Below, piece by piece: positions 27,460 to 42,550 of a DNA stretch of 64,000 nucleotides. A program made the position numbers and the translations under genes. The DNA comes from Eledone cirrhosa (taxonomy: Eukaryota), in contig OZ024742.1 in the NCBI GenBank assembly GCA_964016885.1, positions 367,536,001 to 367,600,000 of the forward strand. Direction: 5' to 3'. The notes under the pieces were generated by a model. The model was not told where the DNA came from, made no database searches, and saw nothing but the letters and a program-made list of their open reading frames with translations. Position 1 is the stretch's first letter, and each line of letters begins with the position of its first letter.

Positions 27460-30400
27460 CATTGTCGAATGTTGGATTGGGAAACGAGCTGGTTTTATCT
27501 GGTCCTGTATCATTTTGTGATCACTCATGGTCGAATGTTCGATTGGAAAACCAGCTGGTTTTATCTGGTCCTGTGTCATTTGGTGATCACTAATGGTCGA
27601 ATGTTCAATTGGGAAACCAGCTTGTTTTATCTGGTCCTGTGTCATTTGGTGATCACTAATGGTCGAATGTTCGATTGGGAAACTAGATGTTTTTATCTGG
27701 TCCTGTATCATTTGGTGATCACTCATGGTTGAATGTTCGATTGGGAAACCAGCTGGTTTTATCTGGTCCTGTATCATTAAGTGATCACTCATGGTCGAAT
27801 GTTCGATTGGAAAACCAGCTGGTTTTATCTGGTCCTATATCATTTGGTGATCACTCATGGTCGAAAGTTCGATTGGGAAACCAGCTGGTTTTATCTGGTC
27901 CTGTATCATTTGGTGATCACTCATGGTCGAATGTTCGATAGGGAATCCAGCTGGTTTTATCTGGTCCTGTATCATTTGGTGATCACTCATGGTCGAATGT
28001 TCGATTGCGAAACCAGCTGGTTTTATCTGGTCCTGTATCATTTGGTGATCACTCATGGTCGAATGTTGAATTGGGAAACCAGCTGGTTTTATCTGGTCCT
28101 GTATCATTTTGTGATCACTCATGTTCGAATGTTCGATTGGAAAACCAGCTGGTTTTATCTGGTCCTGTGTCATTTGGTGATCACTAATGGTCGAATGTTC
28201 GATTGGGAAACCAACTCGTTTTATCTGGTCCTGTGTCATTTGGTGATCATTAATGGTCGAATGTTCGATTGGGAAACTAGCTGTTTTTATCTGGTCCTGT
28301 ATCATTTGGTGATCACTCATGGTCGAATGTTCGATTGGGAAACCAGCTGGTTTTATCTGGTCCTGTAACATTTGGTGATCACTCATGGTCGAATGTTGAA
28401 TTGGGAAACCAGCTGGTTTTATCTGGTCCTGTATCATTTTGTGATCACTCATGGTCGAATGTTCGATTGGAAATCCAGCTGGTTTTATCTGGTCCTGTAT
28501 CATTTGGTGATCACTCATGGTCGAATGTTCGATTGGAAAACCAGCTGGTTTTATCTGGTCCTATATCATTTGGTGATCACTCATCGTCGAAAGTTCGATT
28601 GGGAAACCAGCTGGTTTTATCTGGTCCTGTATCATTAAGTGATCACTCATGGTCGAATGTTCGATTGGAAAACCAGCTGGTTTTATCTGGTCCTATATCA
28701 TTTGGTGATCACTCATTGTCGAATGTTGGATTGGGAAACGAGCTGGTTTTATCTGGTCCTGTATCATTTTGTGATCACTCATGGTCGAATGTTCGATTGG
28801 AAAACCAGCTGGTTTTATCTGGTCCTGTGTCATTTGGTGATCACTAATGGTCGAATGTTCAATTGGGAAACCAGCTTGTTTTATCTGGTCCTGTGTCATT
28901 TGGTGATCACTAATGGTCGAATGTTCGATTGGGAAACTAGATGTTTTTATCTGGTCCTGTATCATTTGGTGATCACTCATGGTTGAATGTTCGATTGGGA
29001 AACCAGCTGGTTTTATCTGGTCCTGTATCATTAAGTGATCACTCATGGTCGAATGTTCGATTGGAAAACCAGCTGGTTTTATCTGGTCCTATATCATTTG
29101 GTGATCACTCATGGTCGAAAGTTCGATTGGGAAACCAGCTGGTTTTATCTGGTCCTGTATCATTTGGTGATCACTCATGGTCGAATGTTCGATAGGGAAT
29201 CCAGCTGGTTTTATCTGGTCCTGTATCATTTGGTGATCACTCATGGTCGAATGTTCGATTGCGAAACCAGCTGGTTTTATCTGGTCCTGTATCATTTGGT
29301 GATCACTCATGGTCGAATGTTGAATTGGGAAACCAGCTGGTTTTATCTGGTCCTGTATCATTTTGTGATCACTCATGTTCGAATGTTCGATTGGAAAACC
29401 AGCTGGTTTTATCTGGTCCTGTGTCATTTGGTGATCACTAATGGTCGAATGTTCGATTGGGAAACCAACTCGTTTTATCTGGTCCTGTGTCATTTGGTGA
29501 TCATTAATGGTCGAATGTTCGATTGGGAAACTAGCTGTTTTTATCTGGTCCTGTATCATTTGGTGATCACTCATGGTCGAATGTTCGATTGGGAAACCAG
29601 CTGGTTTTATCTGGTCCTGTAACATTTGGTGATCACTCATGGTCGAATGTTGAATTGGGAAACCAGCTGGTTTTATCTGGTCCTGTATCATTTTGTGATC
29701 ACTCATGGTCGAATGTTCGATTGGAAATCCAGCTGGTTTTATCTGGTCCTGTATCATTTGGTGATCACTCATGGTCGAATGTTCGATTGGAAAACCAGCT
29801 GGTTTTATCTGGTCCTATATCATTTGGTGATCACTCATGGTCGAAAGTTCGATTGGGAAACCAGCTGGTTTTATCTGGTCCTGTATCATTAAGTGATCAC
29901 TCATGGTCGAATGTTCGATTGGAAAACCAGCTGGTTTTATCTGGTCCTATATCATTTGGTGATCACTCATTGTCGAATGTTGGATTGGGAAACGAGCTGG
30001 TTTTATCTGGTCCTGTATCATTTTGTGATCACTCATGGTCGAATGTTCGATTGGAAAACCAGCTGGTTTTATCTGGTCCTGTGTCATTTGGTGATCACTA
30101 ATGGTCGAATGTTCAATTGGGAAACCAGCTTGTTTTATCTGGTCCTGTGTCATTTGGTGATCACTAATGGTCGAATGTTCGATTGGGAAACTAGATGTTT
30201 TTATCTGGTCCTGTATCATTTGGTGATCACTCATGGTTGAATGTTCGATTGGGAAACCAGCTGGTTTTATCTGGTCCTGTATCATTAAGTGATCACTCAT
30301 GGTCGAATGTTCGATTGGAAAACCAGCTGGTTTTATCTGGTCCTATATCATTTGGTGATCACTCATGGTCGAAAGTTCGATTGGGAAACCAGCTGGTTTT

Positions 30401-31220
30401 ATCTGGTCCTGTATCATTTGGTGATCACTCATGGTCGAATGTTCGATAGGGAATCCAGCTGGTTTTATCTGGTCCTGTATCATTTGGTGATCACTCATGG
30501 TCGAATGTTCGATTGCGAAACCAGCTGGTTTTATCTGGTCCTGTATCATTTGGTGATCACTCATGGTCGAATGTTGAATTGGGAAACCAGCTGGTTTTAT
30601 CTGGTCCTGTATCATTTTGTGATCACTCATGTTCAAATGTTCGATTGGAAAACCAGCTGGTTTTATCTGGTCCTGTGTCATTTGGTGATCACTAATGGTC
30701 GAATGTTCGATTGGGAAACCAACTCGTTTTATCTGGTCCTGTGTCATTTGGTGATCATTAATGGTCGAATGTTCGATTGGGAAACTAGCTGTTTTTATCT
30801 GGTCCTGTATCATTTGGTGATCACTCATGGTCGAATGTTCGATTGGGAAACCAGCTGGTTTTATCTGGTCCTGTAACATTTGGTGATCACTCATGGTCGA
30901 ATGTTGAATTGGGAAACCAGCTGGTTTTATCTGGTCCTGTATCATTTTGTGATCACTCATGGTCGAATGTTCGATTGGAAATCCAGCTGGTTTTATCTGG
31001 TCCTGTATCATTTGGTGATCACTCATGGTCGAATGTTCGATTGGAAAACCAGCTGGTTTTATCTGGTCCTATATCATTTGGTGATCACTCATGGTCGAAA
31101 GTTCGATTGGGAAACCAGCTGGTTTTATCTGGTCCTGTATCATTAAGTGATCACTCATGGTCGAATGTTCGATTGGAAAACCAGCTGGTTTTATCTGGTC
31201 CTATATCATTTGGTGATCAC
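27460..31220. repeat. 19-monomer higher-order repeat, period 1254 bp, 3 tandem copies
   Basis: ORF triplets 27687/28941/30195, 27781/29035/30289 and 28335/29589/30843 show the period. Markers GATAGGGAATCC, ACCAACTCG and ACTAGATG recur every 1254 bp. Confidence 0.93.
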
Positions 31221-33120
31221 TCATGGTCGAAAGTTCGATTGGGAAACCAGCTGGTTTTATCTGGTCCTGTATCATTTGGTGATCACTCATGGTCGAATGT
31301 TCGATTGGGAATCCAGCTGGTTCTATCTGGTCCTGTATCATTTGGTGATCACTCATGGTCGAATGTTGAATTGCGAAACCAGCTGGTTTTATCTGGTCCT
31401 GTATCATTTTGTGATCACTCATGGTCGAATGTTGAATTGGGAAACCAGCTGGTTTTATCTGGTCCTGTATCATTTTGTGATCACTCATGGTCGAATGTTC
31501 GATTGGAAAACCAGCTGGTTTTATCTGGTCCTGTGTCATTTGGTGATCACTAATGGTCGAATGTTCGATTGGGGAACCAGCTCGTTTTATCTGGTCCTGT
31601 GTCATTTGGTGATCATTAATGGTCGAATGTTCGATTGGAAAACTAGCTGTCTTTATCTGGTCCTGTATCATTTGGTGATCACTCATGGTCGAATGTTCGA
31701 TTGGGAAACCAGCTGGTTTTATCTGGTCCTGTAACATTTGGTGATCACTCATGGTCGAATGTTGAATTGGGAAACCAGCTGGTTTTATCTGGTCCTGTAT
31801 CATTTTGTGATCACTCATGGTCGAATGTTCGATTGGAAATCCAGCTGGTTTTATCTGGTCCTGTGTCATTTGGTGATCACTAATGGTCGAATGTTCGATT
31901 GGGAAACCAGCTCGTTTTATCTGGTCCTGTGTCATTTGGTGATCATTAATGGTCGAATTTTCGATTGGGAAACTAGCTGTTTTTATCTGGTCCTGTATCA
32001 TTTGGTGATCACTCATGGTCGAATGTTCGATTGGGAAACCAGCTGGTTTTATCTGGTCCTGTAACATTTGGTGATCACTCATGGTCGAATGTTGAATTGG
32101 GAAACCAGCTGGTTTTATCTGGTCCTGTATCATTTTGTGATCACTCATGGTCGAATGTTCGATTGGAAATCCAGCTGGTTTTATCTGGTCCTGTATCATT
32201 TGGTGATCACTCATGGTCGAATGTTCGATTGGAAAACCAGCTGGTTTTATCTGGTCCTATATCATTTGGTGATCACTCATGGTCGAAAGTTCGATTGGGA
32301 AACCAGCTGGTTTTATCTGGTCCTGTATCATTAAGTGATCACTCATGGTCGAATGTTCGATTGGAAAACCAGCTGGTTTTATCTGGTCCTATATCATTTG
32401 GTGATAACTCATGGTCGAAAGTTCGATTGGGAAACCAGCTGGTTTTATCTGGTCCTGTATCATTTGGTGATCACTCATGGTCGAATGTTCGATTGGGAAT
32501 CCAGCTGGTTCTATCTGGTCCTGTATCATTTGGTGATCACTCATGGTCGAATGTTGAATTGGGAAACCAGCTGGTTTTATCTGGTCCTGTATCATTTTGT
32601 GATCACTCATGGTCGAATGTTGAATTGGGAAACCAGCTGGTTTTATCTGGTCCTGTATCATTTTGTGATCACTCATGGTCGAATGTTCGATTGGAAAACC
32701 AGCTGGTTTTATCTGGTCCTGTGTCATTTGGTGATCACTAATGGTCGAATGTTCGATTGGGGAACCAGCTCGTTTTATCTGGTCCTGTGTCATTTGGTGA
32801 TCATTAATGGTCGAATGTTCGATTGGAAAACTAGCTGTCTTTATCTGGTCCTGTATCATTTGGTGATCACTCATGGTCGAATGTTCGATTGGGAAACCAG
32901 CTGGTTTTATCTGGTCCTGTAACATTTGGTGATCACTCATGGTCGAATGTTGAATTGGGAAACCAGCTGGTTTTATCTGGTCCTGTATCATTTTGTGATC
33001 ACTCATGGTCGAATGTTCGATTGGAAATCCAGCTGGTTTTATCTGGTCCTGTGTCATTTGGTGATCACTAATGGTCGAATGTTCGATTGGGAAACCAGCT
33101 CGTTTTATCTGGTCCTGTGT
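30750..33120. repeat. 18-monomer higher-order repeat, period 1188 bp, 2 copies, with an internal 330-bp (5-monomer) sub-period
   Basis: ORF pairs 30843/32031, 31147/32335 and 31701/32889 differ by 1188; 31701/32031 differ by 330. Confidence 0.87.
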
Positions 33121-34499
33121 CATTTGCTGATCACTAATGGTCGAATGTTCGATTGGGAAACTAGCTGTTTTTATCTGGTCCTGTATCATTTGGTGATCAC
33201 TCATGGTCGAATGTTCGATTGGGAAACCAGCTGGTTTTATCTGGTCCTGTATCATTTGGTGATCACTCATGGTCGAATGTTCGATTGGAAAACCAGCTGG
33301 TTTTATCTGGTCCTATATCATTTGGTGATCACTCATGGTCGAAAGTTCGATTGGGAAACCAGCTGGTTTTATCTGGTCCTGTATCATTTGGTGATCACTC
33401 ATGGTCGAATGTTCGATTGGGAATCCAGCTGGTTTTATCTGGTCCTGTATCATTTGGTGATCACTCATGGTCGAATGTTCGATTGCGAAACCAGCTGGTT
33501 TTATCTGGTCCTGTATCATTTGCTGATCACTCATGGTCGAATGTTCGATTGGGAAACCAGCTGGTTTTATCTGGTCCTGTATCATTTGGTGATCACTCAT
33601 GGTCGAATGTTGGATTGGGAAACCAGCTGGTTTTATCTGGTCCTGTATCATTTTGTGATCACTCATGGTCGAATGTTCGATTGGAAAACCAGCTGGTTTT
33701 ATCTGGTCCTGTGTCATTTGGTGATCACTAATGGTCGAATGTTCAATTGGGAAACCAGCTCGTTTTATCTGGTCCTGTGTCATTTGGTGATCACTAATGG
33801 TCGAATGTTCGATTGGGAAACTAGCTGTTTTTATCTGGTCCTATATCATTTGGTGATCACTCATGGTCGAAAGTTCGATTGGGAAACCAGCTGGTTTTAT
33901 CTGGTCCTGTATCATTTGGTGATCACTCATGGTCGAATGTTCGATTGGGAATCCAGCTGGTTTTATCTGGTCCTGTATCATTTAGTGATCACTCATGGTC
34001 GAATGTTCGATTGCGAAACCAGCTGGTTTTATCTGGTCCTGTATCATTTGGTGATCACACATGGTCGAATGTTGAATTGGGAAACCAGCTGGTTTTATCT
34101 GGTCCTGTATCATTTTGTGATCACTCATGGTCGAATGTTCGATTGGAAAACCAGCTGGTTTTATCTGGTCCTGTGTCATTTGGTGATCACTAATGGTCGA
34201 ATGTTCGATTGGGAAACCAGCTCGTTTTATCTGGTCCTGTGTCATTTGGTGATCATTAATGGTCGAATGTTCGATTGGGAAACTAGCTGTTTTTATCTGG
34301 TCCTGTATCATTTGGTGATCACTCATGGTCGAATGTTCGATTGGGAAACCAGCTGGTTTTATCTGGTCCTGTAACATTTGGTGATCACTCATGGTCGAAT
34401 GTTGAATTGGGAAACCAGCTGGTTTTAGCTGGTCCTGTATCATTTTGTGATCACTCATGGTCGAATGTTCGATTGGAAATCCAGCTGGTTTTATCTGGT

Positions 34500-37400
34500 C
34501 CTGTGTCATTTGGTGATCACTAATGGTCGAATGTTCGATTGGGAAACCAGCTCGTTTTATCTGGTCCTGTGTCATTTGGTGATCACTAATGGTCGAATGT
34601 TCGATTGGGAAACTAGCTGTTTTTATCTGGTCCTGTATCATTTGGTGATCACTCATGGTCGAATGTTCGATTGGGAAACCAGCTGGTTTTATCTGGTCCT
34701 GTATCATTTGGTGATCACTAATGGTAGAATGTTCGATTGGGAAACCAGCTGGTTTTATCTGGTCCTGTGTCATTTGGTGATCACTAATGGTCGAATGTTC
34801 GATTGGGAAACTAGCTGGTTTTATCTGGTCCTGTATCATTTGGTGATCACTCATGGTCGAATGTTCGATTGGGAAACCAGCTGGTTTTATCTGGTCCTGT
34901 ATCATTTGGTGATCACTAATGGTCGATTGTTCGATTGGGAAACTAGCTGGTTTTATCTGGTCCTGTATCATTTGGTGATCACTGATGGTCGAATGTTCGA
35001 TTGGGAAACCAGCTGGTTTTATCCGGTCCTGTATCATTTGGTGATCACTCATGGTCGAATGTTCGATTGGGAAACCAGCTGGTTTTATCTGGTCCTGTAT
35101 CATTTGGTGATCACTCATGGTCGACTGTTCGATTGCAAAACCAGCTGGTTTTATCTGGTCCTGTATCATTTGGTGATCACTTATGGTCGAATGTTCGATT
35201 GGGAAACCAGCTGGTTTTATATGGTCCTGTATCATTTGGTGATCACTCATGGTCGAATATTCGATTGGTAAACCAGCTAGTTTTATCTGGTCCTGTATCA
35301 TTTGGTGATCACTCTTGATCGAATGTTCGATTGGGAAACCAGCTGGTTTTATCTGGTCCTGTATCATTTGGTGATCACTCATGGTCGAATGTTCGATTGG
35401 GAAACCAGCTGGTTTTATCTGGACCTGTATCATTTGGTGATCACTCATGGTCGAATGTTCGATTGGAAAACCAGCTGGTTTTATCTGGTCCTGTATCATT
35501 TGGTGATCACTCATGGACGAATGTTCGATTGGGAAACCAGCTGGTTTTATCTGATCCTGTATCATTTAGTGATCACTCATGGTCGAATGTTCGATTGGGA
35601 AACCAGCTGGTTTTATCTGGTCCTGTATCATTTGGTGATCACTCATGGTCGAATGTTCGATTGGGAAACCAGCTGGATTTACCTGGACTTGTATCATTTG
35701 GTGATCACTCATGGTCGAATATTCGATTGGGAAACCAGCTGGTTTTATCTAGTCCTGTATCATTTGGTGAGCCCTATTGGTCGAATGTTCGATTGGAAAA
35801 ACAGCTTGGTTTTAACGTGTCCTGTATCATTTGGTGATCACTAATGGTCGAATGTTCGATTGGGAAACTAGCTGGTTTTATCTGGTCCTGTATCATTTGG
35901 TGATCACTCATGGTCGAATGTTCGATTGGGAAACTAGCTGGTTTTATCTGGTCCTGTATCATTTGGTGATCACTAATGGGCGAATGTTCGATTGGAAAAC
36001 CAGCTGGTTTTATCTGGTCCTGTGTCATTTGGTGATCACTAATGGTCTAATGTTCGATTGGGAAACCAGCTGGTTTTATCTGGTCCTGTGTCATTTGGTG
36101 ATCACTAATGGTCGAATGTTCGATTGGGAAACCAGCTGGTTTTATCTGGTCCTGTATCATTTGGTGATCACTCATGGTCGAATGTTCGATTGCGAAACCA
36201 GCTGGTTTTATCTGGGCCTGTGTCATTTGGTGATCACTAATGGTTGAATGTTCGATTGGGAAACCAGCTGGTTTTATCTGGTCCTGTATCATTTGGTGAT
36301 CACTCATGGTCGAATGTTCGATTAGGAAACCAGCTGGTTTTATCTGGTCCTGTATCATTTCGTGATCACTCATGGTCGAATGTTCGATTACGAAACCAGC
36401 TGGTTTTATCTGGGCCTGTGTCATTTGGTGATCACTCATGTTCGAATGTTCGATTGCGAAACCAGCTGGTTTTATCTGGGCCTGTGTCATTTGGTGATCA
36501 CTCATGGTCGAATGTTCGATTGCGAAACCAGCTGGTTTTATCTGGGCCTGTGTCATTTGGTGATCACTAATGGTCGAATGTTCGATTGGGAAACCAGCTG
36601 GTTTTATCTGGTCCTGTATCATTTGGTGATCACTCATGGTCGAATGTTCGATTGGGAAACCAGCTGGTTTTATCTGGTCCTGTATCATTTGGTGATCACT
36701 CATGGTCGAATGTTCGATTGCGAAACCAGCTGGTTTTATCTGGGCCTGTGTCATTTGGTGATCACTAATGGTCGAATGTTCGATTGGGAAACCAGCTGGT
36801 TTTATCTGGTCCTGTATCATTTGGTGATCACTAATGGTCGAATGTTCGATTGGGAAACCAGCTGGTTTTATCTGGTCCTGTATCATTTGGTGATCACTCA
36901 TGGTCGAATGTTCGATTGCGAAACCAGCTGGTTTTATCTGGGCCTGTGTCATTTGGTGATCACTAATGGTCGAATGTTCGATTGGGAAACCAGCTGGTTT
37001 TATCTGGTCCTGTATCATTTGGTGATCACTAATGGTCGAATGTTCGATTGGGAAACCAGCTGGTTTTATCTGGTCCTGTATCGTTTGGTGATCACTCATG
37101 GTCGAATGTTCGATTGCGAAACCAGCTGGTTTTATCTGGGCCTGTGTCATTCGGTGATCACTAATGGTCGAATGTTCGATTGGGAAACCAGCTGGTTTTA
37201 TCTGGTCCTGTATCATTTGGTGATCACTAATGGTCGAATGTTGGATTGGGAAACCAGCTGGTTTTATCTGGTCCTGTATCATTTGGAGATCACTCATGGT
37301 CGAATGTTCGATTGGGAAACCAGCTGGTTTTATCTGGTCCTGTATCATTTGGTGATTACTAATGGGTGAATGTTCGATTGGGAAACCAGCTGGTTTTATC

Positions 37401-40400
37401 TGGTCCTGTATCATTTGGTGATCACTCATGGTCGAATGTTCGATTGGGAAACCAGCTGGTTTTATCTGGTCCTGTATCATTTGGTGATCACTCATGGTCG
37501 AATGTTCGATTGGGAAACCAGCTGCTTTTATCTGGTCCTGTATCATTTGGTGATCACTAATGGGCGAATGTTCGATTGGGAAACCAGCTGGTTTTATCTG
37601 GGCCTGTGTCATTTGTTGATCACTAATGGTCGAATGTTCGATTGGGAAACCAGCTGGTTTTATCTGGTCCTGTATCATTTGGTGATCACTCATGGTCGAA
37701 TGTTCGATTGGGAAACCAGCTGGTTTTATCTGGTCCTGTATCATTTGGTGATCACTCATGGTCGAATGTTCGATTGCGAAACCAGCTGGTTTTATCTGGT
37801 CCTGTATCATTTGGTGATCACTCATGGTCGAATGTTGGATTGGGAAACCAGCTGGTTTTATCTGGTCCTGTATCATTTGGTGATCACTCATGGTCGAATG
37901 TTCGATTGGAAAACCAGCTGGTTTTATCTGGTCCTGTGTCATTTGGTGATCACTAATGGTCGAATGTTCGATTGGGAAACCAGCTCGTTTTATCTGGTCC
38001 TGTGTCATTTGGTGATCACTAATGGTCGAATGTTCGATTGGGAAACTAGCTGTTTTTATCTGGTCCTGTATCATTTGGTGATCACTCATGGTCGAATGTT
38101 CGATTGGGAAACCAGCTGGTTTTATCTGGTCCTGTATCATTTGGTGATCACTCATGGTCGAATGTTCGATTGGAAAACCAGCTGGTTTTATCTGGTCCTA
38201 TATCATTTGGTGATCACTCATGGTCGAAAGTTCGATTGGGAAACCAGCTGGTTTTATCTGGTCCTGTATCATTTGGTGATCACTCATGGTCGAATGTTCG
38301 ATTGGGAAACCAGCTCGTTTTATCTGGTCCTGTGTCATTTGGTGATCACTAATGGTCGAATGTTCGATTGGGAAACTAGCTGTTTTTATCTGGTCCTGTA
38401 TCATTTGGTGATCACTCATGGTCGAATGTTCGATTGGGAAACCAGCTGGTTTTATCTGGTCCTGTATCATTTGGTGATCACTAATGGTAGAATGTTCGAT
38501 TGGGAAACCAGCTGGTTTTATCTGGTCCTGTGTCATTTGGTGATCACTAATGGTCGAATGTTCGATTGGGAAACCAGCTCGTTTTATCTGGTCCTGTGTC
38601 ATTTGGTGATCACTAATGGTCGAATGTTCGATTGGGAAACTAGCTGTTTTTATCTGGTCCTGTATCATTTGGTGATCACTCATGGTCGAATGTTCGATTG
38701 GGAAACCAGCTGGTTTTATCTGGTCCTGTATCATTTGGTGATCACTAATGCTAGAATGTTCGATTGGGAAACCAGCTGGTTTTATCTGGTCCTGTGTCAT
38801 TTGGTGATCACTAATGGTCGAATGTTCGATTGGGAAACTAGCTGGTTTTATCTGGTCCTGTATCATTTGGTGATCACTCATGGTCGAATGTTCGATTGGG
38901 AAACCAGCTGGTTTTATCTGGTCCTGTATCATTTGGTGATCACTAATGGTCGATTGTTCGATTGGGAAACTAGCTGGTTTTATCTGGTCCTGTATCATTT
39001 GGTGATCACTGATGGTCGAATGTTCGATTGGGAAACCAGCTGGTTTTATCCGGTCCTGTATCATTTGGTGATCACTCATGGTCGAATGTTCGATTGGGAA
39101 ACCAGCTGGTTTTATCTGGTCCTGTATCATTTGGTGATCACTCATGGTCGACTGTTCGATTGCAAAACCAGCTGGTTTTATCTGGTCCTGTATCATTTGG
39201 TGATCACTTATGGTCGAATGTTCGATTGGGAAACCAGCTGGTTTTATATGGTCCTGTATCATTTGGTGATCACACATAGTCGAATATTCGATTGGTAAAC
39301 CAGCTAGTTTTATCTGGTCCTGTATCATTTGGTGATCACTCTTGATCGAATATTCGATTGGGAAACCAGCTGGTTTTATCTGGTCCTGTATCATTTGGTG
39401 ATCACTCATGGTCGAATGTTCGATTGGGAAACCAGCTGGTTTTATCTGGACCTGTATCATTTGGTGATCACTCATGGACGAATGTTCGATTGGAAAACCA
39501 GCTGGTTTTATCTGGTCCTGTATCATTTGGTGATCACTCATGGACGAATGTTCGATTGGGAAACCAGCTGGTTTTATCTGGTCCTGTATCATTTAGTGAT
39601 CACTCATGGTCGAATGTTCGATTGGGAAACTAGCTGGTTTTATCTGGTCCTGTATCATTTGGTGATCACTCATGGTCGAATGTTCGATTGGGAAACCAGC
39701 TGGATTTACCTGGTCCTGTATCATTTGGTGATCACTCATGGTCGAATGTTCGATTGGGAAACCAGCTGGTTTTATCTGGTCCTGTATCATTTGGTGAGCC
39801 CTATTGGTCGAATGTTCGATTGGAAAAACAGCTGGTTTTACCGTGTCCTGTATCATTTGGTGATCACTAATGGTCGAATGTTCGATTGGGAAACTAGCTG
39901 GTTTTATCTGGTCCTGTATCATTTGGTGATCACTCATGGTCGAATGTTCGATTGGGAAACTAGCTGGTTTTATCTGGTCCTGTATCATTTGGTGATCACT
40001 CATGGTCGAATGTTCGATTGGGAAACCAGCTGGTTTTATCTGGTCCTGTGTCATTTGGTGATCACTAATGGTCGAATATTCGATTGGGAAACCAGCTAGT
40101 TTTATCTGGTCCTGTATCATTTGGTGATCACTAATGGGCGAATGTTCGATTGGGAAACCAGGTGGTTTTATCTGGTCCTGTGTCATTTGGTGATCACTCA
40201 TGGTCGAATGTTCGATTGCGAAACCAGCTGGTTTTATCTGGGCCTGTGTCATTTGGTGATCACTAATGGTCGAATGTTCGATTGGGAAACCAGCTGGTTT
40301 TATCTGGTCCTGTATCATTTGGTGATCACTCATGGTCGAATGTTCGATTGGGAAACCAGCTGGTTTTATCTGGTCCTGTATCATTTGGTGATCACTCATG

Positions 40401-42550
40401 GTCGAATGTTCGATTGGGAAACCAGCTGGTTTTATCTGGTCCTGTATCATTTGGTGATCACTCATGGTCGAATGTTCGATTGGGAAACCAGCTGGTTTTA
40501 TCTGGTCCTGTATCATTTGGTGATCACTCATGGTCGAATGTTCGATTGGGAAACCAGCTGGTTTTATCTGGTCCTGTAACATTTGGTGATCACTCATGGT
40601 CGAATGTTCGATTGCGAAACCAGCTGGTTTTATCTGGGCCTGTATCATTTGGTGATCACTAATGGTCGAATGTTCGATTGGGAAATCAGCTGGTTTTATC
40701 TGGTCCTGTATCATTTGGTGATCACTAATGGTCGAATATTCGATTGGGAAACCAGCTGGTTTTATCTGGTCCTGTATCATTTGGTGATCACTCATGGTCG
40801 AATGTTCGATTGCGAAACCAGCTGGTTTTATCTGGGCCTGTGTTATTTGGTGATCACTAATGGTTGAATGTTCGATTGGGAAACCAGCTGGTTTTATCTG
40901 GTCCTGTATCATTTGGTGATCACTCATGGTCGAATGTTCGATTAGGAAACCAGCTGGTTTTATCTGGTCCTGTATCATTTCGTGATCACTCATGGTCGAA
41001 TGTTCGATTGCGAAACCAGCTGGTTTTATCTGGGCCTGTGTCATTTGGTGATCACTCATGGTCGAAATGTTCGATTGCGAAACCAGCTGGTTTTATCTGG
41101 GCCTGTGTCATTTGGTGATCACTCATGGTCGAATGTTCGATTGCGAAACCAGCTGGTTTTATCTGGGCCTGTGTCATTTGGTGATCACTAATGGTCGAAT
41201 GTTCGATTGGGAAACCAGCTGGTTTTATCTGGTCCTGTATCATTTGGTGATCACTCATGGTCGAATGTTCGATTGGGAAACCAGCTGGTTTTATCTGGTC
41301 CTGTATCATTTGGTGATCACTCATGGTCGAATGTTCGATTGCGAAACCAGCTGGTTTTATCTGGGCCTGTGTCATTTGGTGATCACTAATGGTCGAATGT
41401 TCGATTGGGAAACCAGCTGATTTTATCTGGTCCTGTATCATTTGGTGATCACTAATGGTCGAATGTTGGATTGGGAAACCAGCTGGTTTTATCTGGTCCT
41501 GTATCATTTGGTGATCATTCATGGTCGAATGTTCGATTGGGAAACCAGCTGGTTTTATCTGGTCCTGTATCATTTGGTGATCACTAATGGGTGAATGTTC
41601 GATTGGGAAACCAGCTGGTTTTATCTGGTCCTGTATCATTTGGTGATCACTCATGGTCGAATGTTCGATTGGGAAACCAGCTGGTTTTATCTGGTCCTGT
41701 ATCATTTGGTGATCACTCATGGTCGAATGTTCGATTGGGAAACCAGCTGGTTTTATCTGGTCCTGTATCATTTGGTGATCACTAATGGGCGAATGTTCGA
41801 TTGGGAAACCAGCTGGTTTTATCTGGGCCTGTGTCATTTGTTGATCACTAATGGTCGAATGTTCGATTGGGAAACCATCTGGTTTTATCTTGTCCTATAT
41901 CATTTGGTGATCACTATTGGTCGAATGTTCGATTGGGAAACCAGCTGGTTTTATCTGGTCCTGTATCATTTGGTGATCACTCATGGTCGAATGTTTGATT
42001 GGGAAACCAGCTGGTTTTATCTGGTCCTGTATCATTTGGTGATCACTCATGGTCGAATGTTCGATTGCGAAACCAGCTGGTTTTATCTGGTCCTGTATCA
42101 TTTGGTGATCACTCATGGTCGAATGTTGGATTGGGAAACCAGCTGGTTTTATCTGGTCCTGTATCATTTGGTGATCACTCATGGTCGAATGTTCGATTGG
42201 AAAACCAGCTGGTTTTATCTGGTCCTGTGTCATTTGGTGATCACTAATGGTCGAATGTTCGATTGGGAAACCAGCTCGTTTTATCTGGTCCTGTGTCATT
42301 TGGTGATCACTAATGGTCGAATGTTCGATTGGGAAACTAGCTGTTTTTATCTGGTCCTGTATCATTTGGTGATCACTCATGGTCGAATGTTCGATTGGGA
42401 AACCAGCTGGTTTTATCTGGTCCTGTATCATTTGGTGATCACTCATGGTCGAATGTTCGATTGGAAAACCAGCTGGTTTTATCTGGTCCTATATCATTTG
42501 GTGATCACTCATGGTCGAAAGTTCGATTGGGAAACCAGCTGGTTTTATCT
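34500..42550. repeat. Older, diverged higher-order duplication, offset 4027 bp (61 monomers + 1 bp) at its start, with later monomer gains and losses
   Basis: ORF pairs 35001/39028 and 35302/39329 differ by 4027. The rare variants ATCCGG, TTGCAAAA, TGGTAAACCAGCTAG and CTCTTGATCG are shared. The offset drifts to about 4225-4291 downstream (37370/41595, 38104/42395). Confidence 0.8.
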
